A stretch of DNA of 64,000 nucleotides from an uncultured Bacteroidales bacterium (lineage in GTDB: Bacteria > Bacteroidota > Bacteroidia > Bacteroidales > FEN-979): NCBI GenBank assembly GCA_903929315.1, contig CAIYUC010000066.1:10523-74522 (forward strand), written 5' to 3'. Positions 25,898 to 34,724 of this stretch are shown one piece after another (the first letter of the stretch is position 1; each line of letters opens with the position of its first letter). The notes under the pieces were generated by a model that was not told the origin of the DNA, did not search any database, and saw only the letters and a program-made list of their open reading frames with translations. The translations under genes and the position numbers were made by a program.

Positions 25898-25939
25898 AAT
25901 GTAAAATAGCAAAATGTAAGATGGCAAAATACTTTTACC
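25898..25939. repeat. AT-rich ~40-bp dispersed element (atgtaaaat.gcaaaat family), copy 1
   Basis: aaatgtaaaatagcaaaatgtaagatggcaaaatacttttacc matches the reverse complement of 43238-43281, with mostly transition differences, and partly matches 39395-39453. Confidence 0.65.
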
Positions 25940-25962
25940 GTACGTTTTATTTTCGGGTGGCT

Positions 25963-27318
25963 CTAATGTATTACCACCCATCTATTGATTTTGTTTAAAC
26001 CAGTATCCGAAATTAATTCAATAATATATACTCCATTTGAATATCCGGCAGCATTCAGTTCAATACTTTTTACATTTGCCGGTAGGGTATATTCCTTCAT
26101 TAATTTCCCTGAAACAGAAAATACTCTCAGGATTTTGTTTTCATTAATGAACTCAGAAGGAAAGGTTAAAAGAGAACTTTGATCGGTAGGATTTGGGGTG
26201 ATTATTATATTCCCTTGTACAATGGGTTTATTCTTTATTGATGTCAAAACATCGGTAAATTTGAAAATTGCGGAATCCGGCAGATATGACCTAGCTAACC
26301 ATCCTGTATATGCATCTTTAAAATAGATAAAATTTGATGACCACAAAACAGTATCAAGTATCGTCAGTGTATTGAAAAAATCTGTTGTATAATATATATA
26401 TGATTGATTAGGGAAATTTATATCTCCGGCAGCAATAACGAACCCTTCAAATATACCTCCGACAGTACTTATACCGGGAGCAAATAAATTCTGAAGGATA
26501 GGAAAGTTTGTCCAAGTTTCTCCTCCGTCGAACGTTCTGTAATATCGAATAGGAATGATTCCATAACAATAGAAAATTCCGTGCTGTAGATCGCTGAAAC
26601 GCACAGTGGGAACTTGATAACCAAAACTTGTATCAACATTGGAAACAGTCCATTCATACCCTTTATCGGTGGATTTAAAACAACGCCCTTGTGAAGTGGG
26701 AAACCAAATAGTATTTCCTATTGCACTGTATGACTTTCCAGAATAACCCATTTCATTAGGTAGTATCGCCGGGATATTTGATTGGGATACACGAGTCCAT
26801 GTTTCTCCCCCGTCCGTTGTAATCTGAATATTAAAATATCCATCTGCAGGATCTCCGATAGCAATCAAGGTATCCTTACTAAAAAGATGGATAAAATCAC
26901 CATAGTTTGCACTAAACTGTGTAGTAGTTTTTTTTGACCACGAAGAGCCGGCGTTGACTGTTTTCCAAATGTCACTATGACCGGTAAAAAAATCATCAAC
27001 AAAATAATAGCAAATACTATCGGAATAAGCTTCAACATCCAATAAAAGCGGGGTTCCGGTTGCTGGAATGTTGTAAAAATGCCAGGTATTTCCACCATCA
27101 TTCGTTGTAAGTGCCTCGGGAAAAGGCATATAATTATGATTAGTTGAAAGATCTAACCTTTGAGTAGCTATCCATACATGATCTTGGTCAACAATGGACA
27201 TAGTATTTGGGGAATACAAAGTACTATCTTGAGGATAAAATAATGGCATACGAACAAATTGGCTTTGTCCCAACAGGAAACTCAGGATGAGAACAATAAA
27301 AAAACTAAATTTTTTCAT
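25963..27318 (-). CDS. BNR/Asp-box beta-propeller protein with T9SS C-terminal domain
   Basis: Signal peptide is MKKFSFFIVLILSFLLGQSQ. Asp-box-like motifs: TNDGGNTW, TTDGGETWT, STDKGYEWT, TFDGGETWT. C-terminus is TPNPTDQSSLL...GVYIIEL. Confidence 0.85.
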   Translation of the reverse strand: MKKFSFFIVLILSFLLGQSQFVRMPLFYPQDSTLYSPNTMSIVDQDHVWIATQRLDLSTNHNYMPFPEALTTNDGGNTWHFYNIPATGTPLLLDVEAYSDSICYYFVDDFFTGHSDIWKTVNAGSSWSKKTTTQFSANYGDFIHLFSKDTLIAIGDPADGYFNIQITTDGGETWTRVSQSNIPAILPNEMGYSGKSYSAIGNTIWFPTSQGRCFKSTDKGYEWTVSNVDTSFGYQVPTVRFSDLQHGIFYCYGIIPIRYYRTFDGGETWTNFPILQNLFAPGISTVGGIFEGFVIAAGDINFPNQSYIYYTTDFFNTLTILDTVLWSSNFIYFKDAYTGWLARSYLPDSAIFKFTDVLTSIKNKPIVQGNIIITPNPTDQSSLLTFPSEFINENKILRVFSVSGKLMKEYTLPANVKSIELNAAGYSNGVYIIELISDTGLNKINRWVVIH

Positions 27319-27512
27319 AAGAAATAATTTTAACTGATTTTAATGAAAAAATGGCCGCTTGTATGATATGTGGAAGTTACCCATAAAAATGGTGCAAGTT
27401 TACTACATGGTAAGAAAGAAAACTAATAAATAAGTTAACCGCCTTAATCGCATTAACTGAACTGACATTCTTATCCGGTCAGATGTGAGGAGGTTTACAA
27501 CCGAATAAAGCG

Positions 27513-27520
27513 TACTTTTG
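27513..27520 (+). promoter_or_regulatory. Bacteroidota-type -7 box TACTTTTG upstream of typA
   Basis: Matches TAnnTTTG, 20 nt upstream of the ATG at 27540. Confidence 0.45.
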
Positions 27521-27539
27521 CAGCCTTGTTTTACGGTTT

Positions 27540-29342
27540 ATGCAGGAAATCCGGAATATAGCCATAATTGCCCACGTCGATCACGGGAAAACCACGCTGG
27601 TTGACCGGATCTTACACCAGGTAAATTTATTCCGTAAGAATCAGGATATGGGGGAGTTGATCCTCGACTCTACGGATCTTGAAAGGGAAAGAGGGATCAC
27701 AATATTATCAAAGAATGTATCGGTAAGGTACAAAGGGATAAAAATTAATATTATTGATACTCCCGGACACTCTGATTTTGGAGGAGAAGTAGAGCGTGTT
27801 TTAAATATGGCCGATGGTGTTTTGCTGGTGGTTGACGCTTTTGAAGGACCCATGCCACAAACCCGTTTTGTACTTCAGAAAGCCCTCGAACTCGGGAAAA
27901 AGCCCATCGTCGTGATCAATAAAGTGGATAAACCCAATTGCTCGCCCGACGAGGTCAACGAAGCTGTTTTCGAACTTATGTTCAGCCTTGATGCCACCGA
28001 GGACCAGTTAAATTTTCCTACCGTTTATGGTTCAGCCAAAAAGGGATGGATGTCGGAAGACTGGAAAAATCCGGCAAAAGATATCAGCTATTTACTGGAT
28101 ACCATAGTTGCACATATTCCACCCCCGGAACAAAAACCCGGTAGTCTTCAACTGCAGATCAGCTCCCTTGATTATTCCTCTTATGTCGGCCGGATCGCAG
28201 TGGGAAGAATAACACGCGGAAAAATCCAAGCCGGAATGCAGGTCTCCCTCCTTAAAAGCAACGGGACCATCACAAAATCAATAATTAAAGAATTGTTCCT
28301 TTTTGAAGGACTTACTAAAGAAAAGGTAAAATTCGAAGTGGATGCCGGCGAAATATGTGCAGTGCTTGGGCCCGAGAACTTTGATATCGGGGATACGATT
28401 GCTGATGGTGAAAACCCGGAAAGCCTTGCACGTATCAGCGTTGATGAACCGACCATGTCCATGATCTTTACGATAAATAACTCTCCTTTCGCCGGGAAAG
28501 AAGGGACATATGTTACTTCGAGGCATATCCGTGACAGATTATTCCATGAAACGGAGAAGAATCTTGCATTAAAAGTTGAGGAGACCGGTTCACCGGATAA
28601 ATTCCTCGTTTATGGAAGGGGAATATTGCACCTTGCCATCCTTGTCGAAACCATGCGCAGGGAAGGATATGAATTTCAAATTGGCCAGCCAAGAATTATC
28701 ACCAAAGAAATTGAAGGAATAAAGAATGAACCAATAGAGCTTCTCCGGATCCAGGTGCCGGAATCATTTTCCGGTAAAGTTATTGAAATTGTGAGCAGAA
28801 GGAAAGGAGAAATACTGAATATTGAAACGAAAAGAGACCGGATCATCCTTGAATTTGCTATTCCGGCAAGAGGGCTGATCGGGATCAGAAATCCGATCCT
28901 CACTGCAACCGAGGGGGAAGCCGTCATCGGCCATCGGTTTAAAGCTTTTGAGCCGTGGAAAGGAGACCTTCAGGGTCGAACCAATGGTTCACTGATCGCC
29001 ATGGAAACAGGAATTGCTATCACTTACTCCATTGATAAGCTTCAGGACAGGGGAAAGTTCTTCATTGATCCGAATGATCCCATCTATGCCGGCCAGGTGA
29101 TTGGGGAGAATACACGGGGCAATGACATCGTCGTCAATCTGACAAAGACAAAAAAACTGACAAACGTTCGTGCTTCAGGTACAGATGATAAGGCGGTATT
29201 AGTGCCGCCGATAAAGTTTTCCCTGGAAGAAGCGATGGAATACATTCAGGGGGATGAATACGTTGAAGTAACCCCTAAATCCATCCGGTTGAGGAAGATC
29301 ATCCTTGATGAGATTGAGCGAAAGCGCAGCAATAAATCCTGA
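27540..29342 (+). CDS. typA: Translational GTPase TypA/BipA
   Basis: [33 protein letters not shown] and NKVD are present. At 600 aa the length and C-terminal domain are typical of BipA. Confidence 0.97.
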   Translation: MQEIRNIAIIAHVDHGKTTLVDRILHQVNLFRKNQDMGELILDSTDLERERGITILSKNVSVRYKGIKINIIDTPGHSDFGGEVERVLNMADGVLLVVDAFEGPMPQTRFVLQKALELGKKPIVVINKVDKPNCSPDEVNEAVFELMFSLDATEDQLNFPTVYGSAKKGWMSEDWKNPAKDISYLLDTIVAHIPPPEQKPGSLQLQISSLDYSSYVGRIAVGRITRGKIQAGMQVSLLKSNGTITKSIIKELFLFEGLTKEKVKFEVDAGEICAVLGPENFDIGDTIADGENPESLARISVDEPTMSMIFTINNSPFAGKEGTYVTSRHIRDRLFHETEKNLALKVEETGSPDKFLVYGRGILHLAILVETMRREGYEFQIGQPRIITKEIEGIKNEPIELLRIQVPESFSGKVIEIVSRRKGEILNIETKRDRIILEFAIPARGLIGIRNPILTATEGEAVIGHRFKAFEPWKGDLQGRTNGSLIAMETGIAITYSIDKLQDRGKFFIDPNDPIYAGQVIGENTRGNDIVVNLTKTKKLTNVRASGTDDKAVLVPPIKFSLEEAMEYIQGDEYVEVTPKSIRLRKIILDEIERKRSNKS

Positions 29343-29927
29343 TCACGCGAGATAATACCTGACCATCGGCCTGTTCTTCGATTTCCGGTCCACGATTTCA
29401 AACCCTGCCCGTTCGAACGATTTATAAAGCCCGATCCAGACAAAAGCATCCGGTAATTTTTCCTGGGTTGGAATGGTCGGATAAGCTTCAATAATCCTGA
29501 TCTTGTTTTTCCTGGCGTATTCAATAACTCCTTTTAATAACGCCACGGAAATTCCCTTCCGGCGGAATTTTTTATCAATGAAGAAACAGGGGATAGACCA
29601 GACCGGCTTATCATCTATCCGTTTATGTACCTGTGAATTTTCAAGCTTCAGATAGTCTTCACGCGGGGCGAACGCACACCAGGCAATCGCATGTCCTTCA
29701 TAGATTGCAATTACACCAACAGGTTTTCCCTCCCAAATCAACTCCTTCATGCGGTTTTTATTGATATCATTCACTTTCCCGGCTTTGAATTCGGCTTGTT
29801 TTAACCGGTAATACATGCACCAGCAATATGCACATGCTCCGCGATTACCAAAAAGGGCAACGAATTTGTCCCAGTTGTCCTTAGTCACAGGCTCAAATGT
29901 CAGTTGTTCTGATATTTTGTCTTCCAT
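29343..29927 (-). CDS. GNAT family N-acetyltransferase
   Basis: 194 aa. The acetyl-CoA binding segment is FFIDKKFRRKGISVALLKGVIEYA. It converges on typA with no spacer. Confidence 0.8.
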   Translation of the reverse strand: MEDKISEQLTFEPVTKDNWDKFVALFGNRGACAYCWCMYYRLKQAEFKAGKVNDINKNRMKELIWEGKPVGVIAIYEGHAIAWCAFAPREDYLKLENSQVHKRIDDKPVWSIPCFFIDKKFRRKGISVALLKGVIEYARKNKIRIIEAYPTIPTQEKLPDAFVWIGLYKSFERAGFEIVDRKSKNRPMVRYYLA

Positions 29928-29980
29928 TATTTACATTAGATTGAATGATCAGACAGCAAAGATAAAATCTAAATTGCTTT

Positions 29981-30050
29981 TTTTCACCGCTAAGACGCGA
30001 AGGCGCAAAGAACGCGAAAATAATGATCTTATTCTTGGCGTCTTAGCGGT
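29981..30050. repeat. Palindromic intergenic element (ccgctaagacgc family), copy 2
   Basis: Perfect 13-bp inverted repeat accgctaagacgc (29986-29998) and gcgtcttagcggt (30038-30050). ttttcaccgctaagacgcgaaggcgc matches the reverse complement of 22331-22362. Confidence 0.7.
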
Positions 30051-30120
30051 AAAAGTCTTTATCACTCCAGCACCTTAAAAAAAGATATAGCCTGTATAAT
30101 TCGGATTCCTTAATTTTGTA

Positions 30121-30128
30121 TACTTTTG
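30121..30128 (+). promoter_or_regulatory. Bacteroidota-type -7 box TACTTTTG (a second box TAATTTTG lies at 30111-30118)
   Basis: Matches TAnnTTTG, 22 nt upstream of the ATG at 30151. Confidence 0.4.
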
Positions 30129-30172
30129 TTAATATTAATGATAATTTGCTATGAATTATATTTTTTCACAGC

Positions 30173-30409
30173 ATGCTTTTAGAGCAAATGAGAGAGAGAA
30201 ATATTTCTAAAGAAACTGTTGAAAACATTTTAGCTAAACCAGATCAAATAGCTGCACACGAAAATCTGACCGTTTTTCAACATCTTGAAAAGACAGATAA
30301 AACATTGTTTATAATCAGGGTTTTTGTGAACATGAGAAAAAGCCCAAATGTAGTAGTAACAGTTTACAGAACTTCAAAAATCAGTAAATACTATGAAAAT
30401 AAAATATGA
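30173..30409 (+). CDS. DUF4258-family toxin-like protein (N-terminus possibly displaced by a 1-nt indel)
   Basis: MLLEQMRERNISKETVENIL fits the DUF4258 pattern HAxxxMxxRxIS. The ATG at 30151 encodes MNYIFSQHA in the neighbouring frame. Confidence 0.7.
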   Translation: MLLEQMRERNISKETVENILAKPDQIAAHENLTVFQHLEKTDKTLFIIRVFVNMRKSPNVVVTVYRTSKISKYYENKI

Positions 30410-30587
30410 CAAGGAAGTGGATATTCTCTATATTCATTTTTCAGATGGAAAGATTGTAGAGAGCGATGAAGATAAACCAGGAATTATCCTTGATTATGAT
30501 GAACAGGGAAATATCGTTGGAATTGAAGTTATTAATGCTTCAACAAAAATGCCTCAACCCATGAAGTTTGAATATGAAGTAGCATAG
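30393..30587 (+). CDS. DUF2283-family antitoxin-like protein
   Basis: MKIKYDKEVDILYIHFSDGKIVESDE...ILDYDEQGNIVGIEVINAS is the canonical DUF2283 pattern. It overlaps the upstream gene by 17 nt. Confidence 0.8.
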   Translation: MKIKYDKEVDILYIHFSDGKIVESDEDKPGIILDYDEQGNIVGIEVINASTKMPQPMKFEYEVA

Positions 30588-30731
30588 TCATTCTAATCAT
30601 ACAGGCAACTGACAGAAAACGCATCGAGAATAGTTGGCAAAAACAATAAGCGAATACCAGGAATGACGATGCGGATAATTCATAATTCATCATCATCTCT
30701 CATAATTCAAACGGAGTTTTAAAGATTGTTT

Positions 30732-32879
30732 TTATTTCACGAATTTCGAAGTAAACGATTGGCCGTTTTTCGTGTCGGTAAATCTTACAAGATAAACCCC
30801 GTTCGCAAAACCTGAAACATCTATCGACCGGCAACCGGCACCTTCCATCACCAGTTGCCCGGTAACAGTATAGAGGGAAACAGTAAAATGCTCTGAATCC
30901 GTTACAATATTCAATCTGTCAGTTGCAGGATTCGGATAAACCTTAAATGAACCTTCAGGAGAAACAGAAGCAATTCCTACAAGGGCATCGCGGATGAGAC
31001 AGGCAGGGTGCATGATCTGCGTATTGGAATTACCCGTTGAATCAATAAGGACAACCTTCAGATCAATCCATGCAGAATCCGGAAACTGGTTCATCATCGG
31101 TCCGAGATCTGCGAAATAGGGCATTCCACTGATTGAATCAAGCAAATTTGTTTGCGGGGTGACCGGTACTTCGTACCAGGTGGAACCGGAGTATTCCTTA
31201 TAATACAGATGAACCTCTTCAATCGTATGATAAAGGCGGATCCCGGGCAAAGGATAAGTGAAATCAGCTGCCGTAAATTCGACCGAGGCATCATAGCCGT
31301 GGATCAGTTCCGTGCTGATGCTGTCTGCTTTCCTGATCTTAAATGCAAGCAGGGTAGGGGAATTAGCATCTTCCTTTGTAAGGTCAAATGTAAGATTGGT
31401 TTGGCTGAACCCGTTCCTTCCGAGCAATGTATAGTTACTGTCATTCAGAATGACCGAATAAAGCCCGAGTTCCCATACATTAAATTTAATATCGAACGTT
31501 CTTATTGAATCATACATCAACGGGACATTGCCCTTCCAGATTTCATATGTGCCCATCGCCACATCAATATACCTGCGTTCATTTGTTTGTCCTCTGAAAT
31601 GACTTCTTTCCCAGATCTGGTAATCGTTTCCCGAATTAAATCCCCAGGAAATACTGAAGGGAGCGGTTGTACCGAAGTTTACAGTATTCCCATCGGCTAC
31701 TTTGTAATCACTGGGGACGGGAGGAAAATTTCCCTCCGTACTCAATATGAGATCATTTTGTGTATCAAGAAAAAGAATCGGAGTCATGAAATCAGCAAGC
31801 ATCAGGTCTTGAGGGTTCCTTTCCATATGATCGGCACCCGCTCCAAAAAAGATCTTATTCGTGTCAATCCCTACGTTCGTCGTATAGAACTGAACTGTAT
31901 CTGTTGCCCGGCAGGGATAGTCATTTGTTGACATTGAAGCAACGAATGGATCAGCATACCCGCCGAGGATTGAATCATTAACAACTGTTCCGAAGCCCCA
32001 TCCCAGGTAAAAATTGGTACCACCGGGCGTCCCGTGAAAGATGAATGGAAAATGCTTCAGATCGGCAGGTGCATCTTCCATTGTAGTATCCGAATGAATT
32101 CCCTGGAGGACAGGATAGGAGACCACATAATAATGGTAGGGTTCTGTCTTTGTTGCATCCATTCTTCCCAAATGGACTTTAAGTTCCGGTTCGACATCCG
32201 TGAAGAAAAAGACCGGGGGAGCAAAACCTGAACTGCATATGCTCAGGTTCGGGGCTTTAAAGCCTTCCGGAAATTCAAATGCCAGTCCGAAACCATCCCC
32301 GCTCCGTGTCATCGTTGGGAAATAATTGATCGGGTTGCCATTTTCATCATTGAGGATGAGGTTTATGGTGTGATTTGCCGACGTGGATAAAATAGTGGTA
32401 TCCATATTCCTGTATACATGAAAATCCTTTTTGGTGATACAAAAATATTGTGACAGATATGTTAAACTCAATGGCATGGCCACTACCAGTTCATAGTATC
32501 CATCCACCAGATCTCCTTCCAGTATGTTATTGGAGGTCCAGTTCATATTCCATAAGTCCTCGAATAACGTATCCGCTCCGTTAAGCCATACTACATCTGT
32601 AAATCTGTCAAAGTGAAAAATGATGTGATGGGTCTGTACCGTTGTACCGTTAAGAGATATAGGCTTAACCGCCTTGGTGACAGATGATTCCGCCTCCTTT
32701 CCGTTAATCATCCATTTCGCATTGGTGCTGTAGCTGACAGCTTTCGAAAAAATGTTTTTCCCGTTCGGAAGGGTTTGAAGCTTTGAAACGCTTTTAACGC
32801 CTGGGTTTTCACCGGGTACCTGTGCATGAGAATGAACAAAAATGAACACGCTGAGCAATAATAAAGACAGAGTTTTCAT
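30732..32879 (-). CDS. Secreted protein of unknown function with T9SS C-terminal domain
   Basis: Signal peptide is MKTLSLLLLSVFIFVHSHAQ. C-terminus is VYPNPATDRLNIV...GVYLVRFTD. I recognised no catalytic motif. Confidence 0.8.
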   Translation of the reverse strand: MKTLSLLLLSVFIFVHSHAQVPGENPGVKSVSKLQTLPNGKNIFSKAVSYSTNAKWMINGKEAESSVTKAVKPISLNGTTVQTHHIIFHFDRFTDVVWLNGADTLFEDLWNMNWTSNNILEGDLVDGYYELVVAMPLSLTYLSQYFCITKKDFHVYRNMDTTILSTSANHTINLILNDENGNPINYFPTMTRSGDGFGLAFEFPEGFKAPNLSICSSGFAPPVFFFTDVEPELKVHLGRMDATKTEPYHYYVVSYPVLQGIHSDTTMEDAPADLKHFPFIFHGTPGGTNFYLGWGFGTVVNDSILGGYADPFVASMSTNDYPCRATDTVQFYTTNVGIDTNKIFFGAGADHMERNPQDLMLADFMTPILFLDTQNDLILSTEGNFPPVPSDYKVADGNTVNFGTTAPFSISWGFNSGNDYQIWERSHFRGQTNERRYIDVAMGTYEIWKGNVPLMYDSIRTFDIKFNVWELGLYSVILNDSNYTLLGRNGFSQTNLTFDLTKEDANSPTLLAFKIRKADSISTELIHGYDASVEFTAADFTYPLPGIRLYHTIEEVHLYYKEYSGSTWYEVPVTPQTNLLDSISGMPYFADLGPMMNQFPDSAWIDLKVVLIDSTGNSNTQIMHPACLIRDALVGIASVSPEGSFKVYPNPATDRLNIVTDSEHFTVSLYTVTGQLVMEGAGCRSIDVSGFANGVYLVRFTDTKNGQSFTSKFVK

Positions 32880-32928
32880 GGAAAGAGCGATTTTATTATT
32901 AATTATGAAATATGAAAGATAAAATATG

Positions 32929-32948
32929 CCTGCCTGTCGTCAGGCAGG
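32929..32948 (-). terminator. Perfect 8-bp stem-loop downstream of the nitroreductase gene
   Basis: cctgcctg-tcgt-caggcagg. On the minus strand it is followed by a moderately T-rich tail (catattttatcttt). Confidence 0.45.
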
Positions 32949-32967
32949 AATTATGAGATTGAAGTAT

Positions 32968-33851
32968 TTAGGAATTATGAAGTATGACATTTTTTCTCGG
33001 CCGGAAAATCCCTCTTTTAAAATGATTCTTCGGAAATCCAACGATCATTGTTTCAACGACCACATTCCCTTCCGGGATGCGGAACATCTCACGCAAAGGT
33101 TTGCTGTTATTGACAGCCGGTCCGATAAGCCCGATAACGGTAGCGCCAAGGCCCAATGCGTGCGCTGCCAGGAATGCAAAGGTAACACAAATGTGGGCAT
33201 CAGCGGTATGCTCTTCAGCACTGGCAGGAGCATGGAACAGGATCATCGCTGGGGCATTCCGGGAAATATCATCCTTGCCGGCCGAGATATCGTACATCCC
33301 TTTGCGGACATGAGGAACGATGAAGTTCACCAGCGTCGAGAAATCCTCCTTGGGAATGACTAATTTACAGAGCCAGCGCGTCAACGACCAGGTCAGCATC
33401 TTCCCCATTTGTTTATAAACACCGGAAATATAAGGAAGCGCTTTTTGGATCATTTCTTTATCCGGCACGATTGTAATCTCAATATTATCCGGGCTTACGC
33501 CATATGGGGCAGTGGCAAGTATATCAACAATTTTCTGCAGCAACTCTGCCGGAACCGGTTTATCCTTAAAGTTTCGGACCGATCTCCGGTTCTAAAAAAA
33601 GCTTTGAATGATTCGTAATCAGCAGTGTTCGCAGGAAGGTCAGGAAAATTCAATTCGTAGGATAAGCCATCGACATGTATCGACTTTGTTTCGCAAACCG
33701 CCATACAATGGCCGCAAACAATACAGACCTCATCCATTCCGGGTAGCACGATAGTTTCACCTGATTCAGATTTTCCATATACGGATGCAGGGCAGATCTC
33801 AATACAGAGGTAACATTGCTTGCAGGATCCTATTGAAATTTGATGTTTCAT
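32968..33851 (-). pseudogene. 4Fe-4S ferredoxin-nitroreductase fusion gene interrupted by a 1-nt indel
   Basis: The upstream ORF has two Cys clusters (CKQCYLCIEICP and CIVCGHCMAVC). The downstream frame reads NRRSVRNFKDKPVPAELLQKIVDILATAPYG, the nitroreductase N-terminal signature. The frames meet at 33588-33593 (AGA ACC where AGA AAC C is expected). Confidence 0.8.
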
Positions 33852-33882
33852 TAGAGCGGATTCTTTTTACATAAAACAAATT

Positions 33883-33910
33883 GATGCTCGATACTCGATG
33901 CTCGATAATT
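33883..33910. repeat. Heptamer array (GATRCTC) x4
   Basis: gatgctc gatactc gatgctc gataatt. It lies between the nitroreductase start and the left end of the RAYT unit. Confidence 0.7.
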
Positions 33911-33972
33911 TCAAATTGTGGATTACGGATTTTTATTGATAGCAATTTACAATATAAATTACATTCATAAAA

Positions 33973-34655
33973 ATTTAATGGTTCATCGCAATAATGCGTA
34001 CTTAATGTCGAATTTCTTTTTTTATTTGAATTACCCCGGACTTCAGGCCGGGGTTTCAGGCAGCCAAATAAAAACCGGGCTTCAGCCCGAAACAAATTTT
34101 TCAAAACCGTACTTGCGCATAAATTCATTGAACTCTTCCTGAAATGATCTCTTTCTATGATGTTCCTCTTGATTCTTTATATAGTTTCTTACCCGGTTTA
34201 CAGCAGATTCACTAACAGATACAGCAAAATATTCATCTTGCCATTCAAATTTCTTCTTAAAAAATTTATTTTTATTAATCCAATGGGATGATTCTCCCTT
34301 TAGTAACATCAGGATATTGTCAATATTCTGTCCGGAACCAAGTGATATCAGACAATGAACATGTTCATTGTAGCCATTGATGAAATCGATATAAATGTCT
34401 TTATTAATAGCATTTTCCCTGATATGATCAAAGACTTGTTTCCTTATGTCAGTAGCCAAAAGGGGCTGCCTGTTTTTGGTTGACCAAACAAGGTGAACCC
34501 ATATCTTTATATACCCCATAACTTTTTTAATTTTGGGCTAAAGCCCGGTTTTTCTGCCTTTGTTCTGCCCCCCGGCCTAAAGTCCGGGGTAATTCACTGT
34601 TTTCTCTCTTTTTCTTACTCTAAAAGTACGCATTATTGCGATGAACCAATTAAAT
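33973..34655. mobile_element. RAYT (IS200/IS605-like Y1 transposase) unit bracketed by ~110-bp nested inverted repeats
   Basis: Outer inverted repeats are atttaatggttcatcgcaataatgcgtactt (33973-34003) and aagtacgcattattgcgatgaaccaattaaat (34624-34655). Inner REP-like hairpins are ccccggacttcaggccgggg and cgggcttcagcccg on the left. They are mirrored by gggctaaagccc and ccccggcctaaagtccgggg on the right. Confidence 0.75.
34082..34519 (-). CDS. REP-associated tyrosine transposase (Y1/HUH, IS200-like)
   Basis: 145 aa. Begins IWVHLVWSTKNRQPLL, has the HUH motif HVHCLIS, and the catalytic Tyr region is RVRNYIKNQEEHH. Confidence 0.85.
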   Translation of the reverse strand: MGYIKIWVHLVWSTKNRQPLLATDIRKQVFDHIRENAINKDIYIDFINGYNEHVHCLISLGSGQNIDNILMLLKGESSHWINKNKFFKKKFEWQDEYFAVSVSESAVNRVRNYIKNQEEHHRKRSFQEEFNEFMRKYGFEKFVSG

Positions 34656-34724
34656 ATTAATTTTAAAGGAAAAACAGGTAAAATCATTATTGACTTTTTT
34701 ACCTTTACACTATAGTTAAAGAGA

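Noticed and set aside
29815-30078. 87-aa ORF translating to ...FFTAKTRRRKERENNDLILGVLAVK
   Set aside because: The second half is merely the translation of the palindromic ccgctaagacgc repeat. The first half is antisense to the GNAT gene.
32926-33363. 145-aa plus-strand ORF
   Set aside because: It is antisense to the nitroreductase body, which has a recognisable family signature. The ORF also begins inside the terminator hairpin.
33799-34128. 109-aa minus-strand ORF spanning the gap between the nitroreductase and RAYT genes
   Set aside because: It covers the heptamer array and the left inverted repeat and hairpins of the RAYT unit, so it is repeat-derived and not coding.
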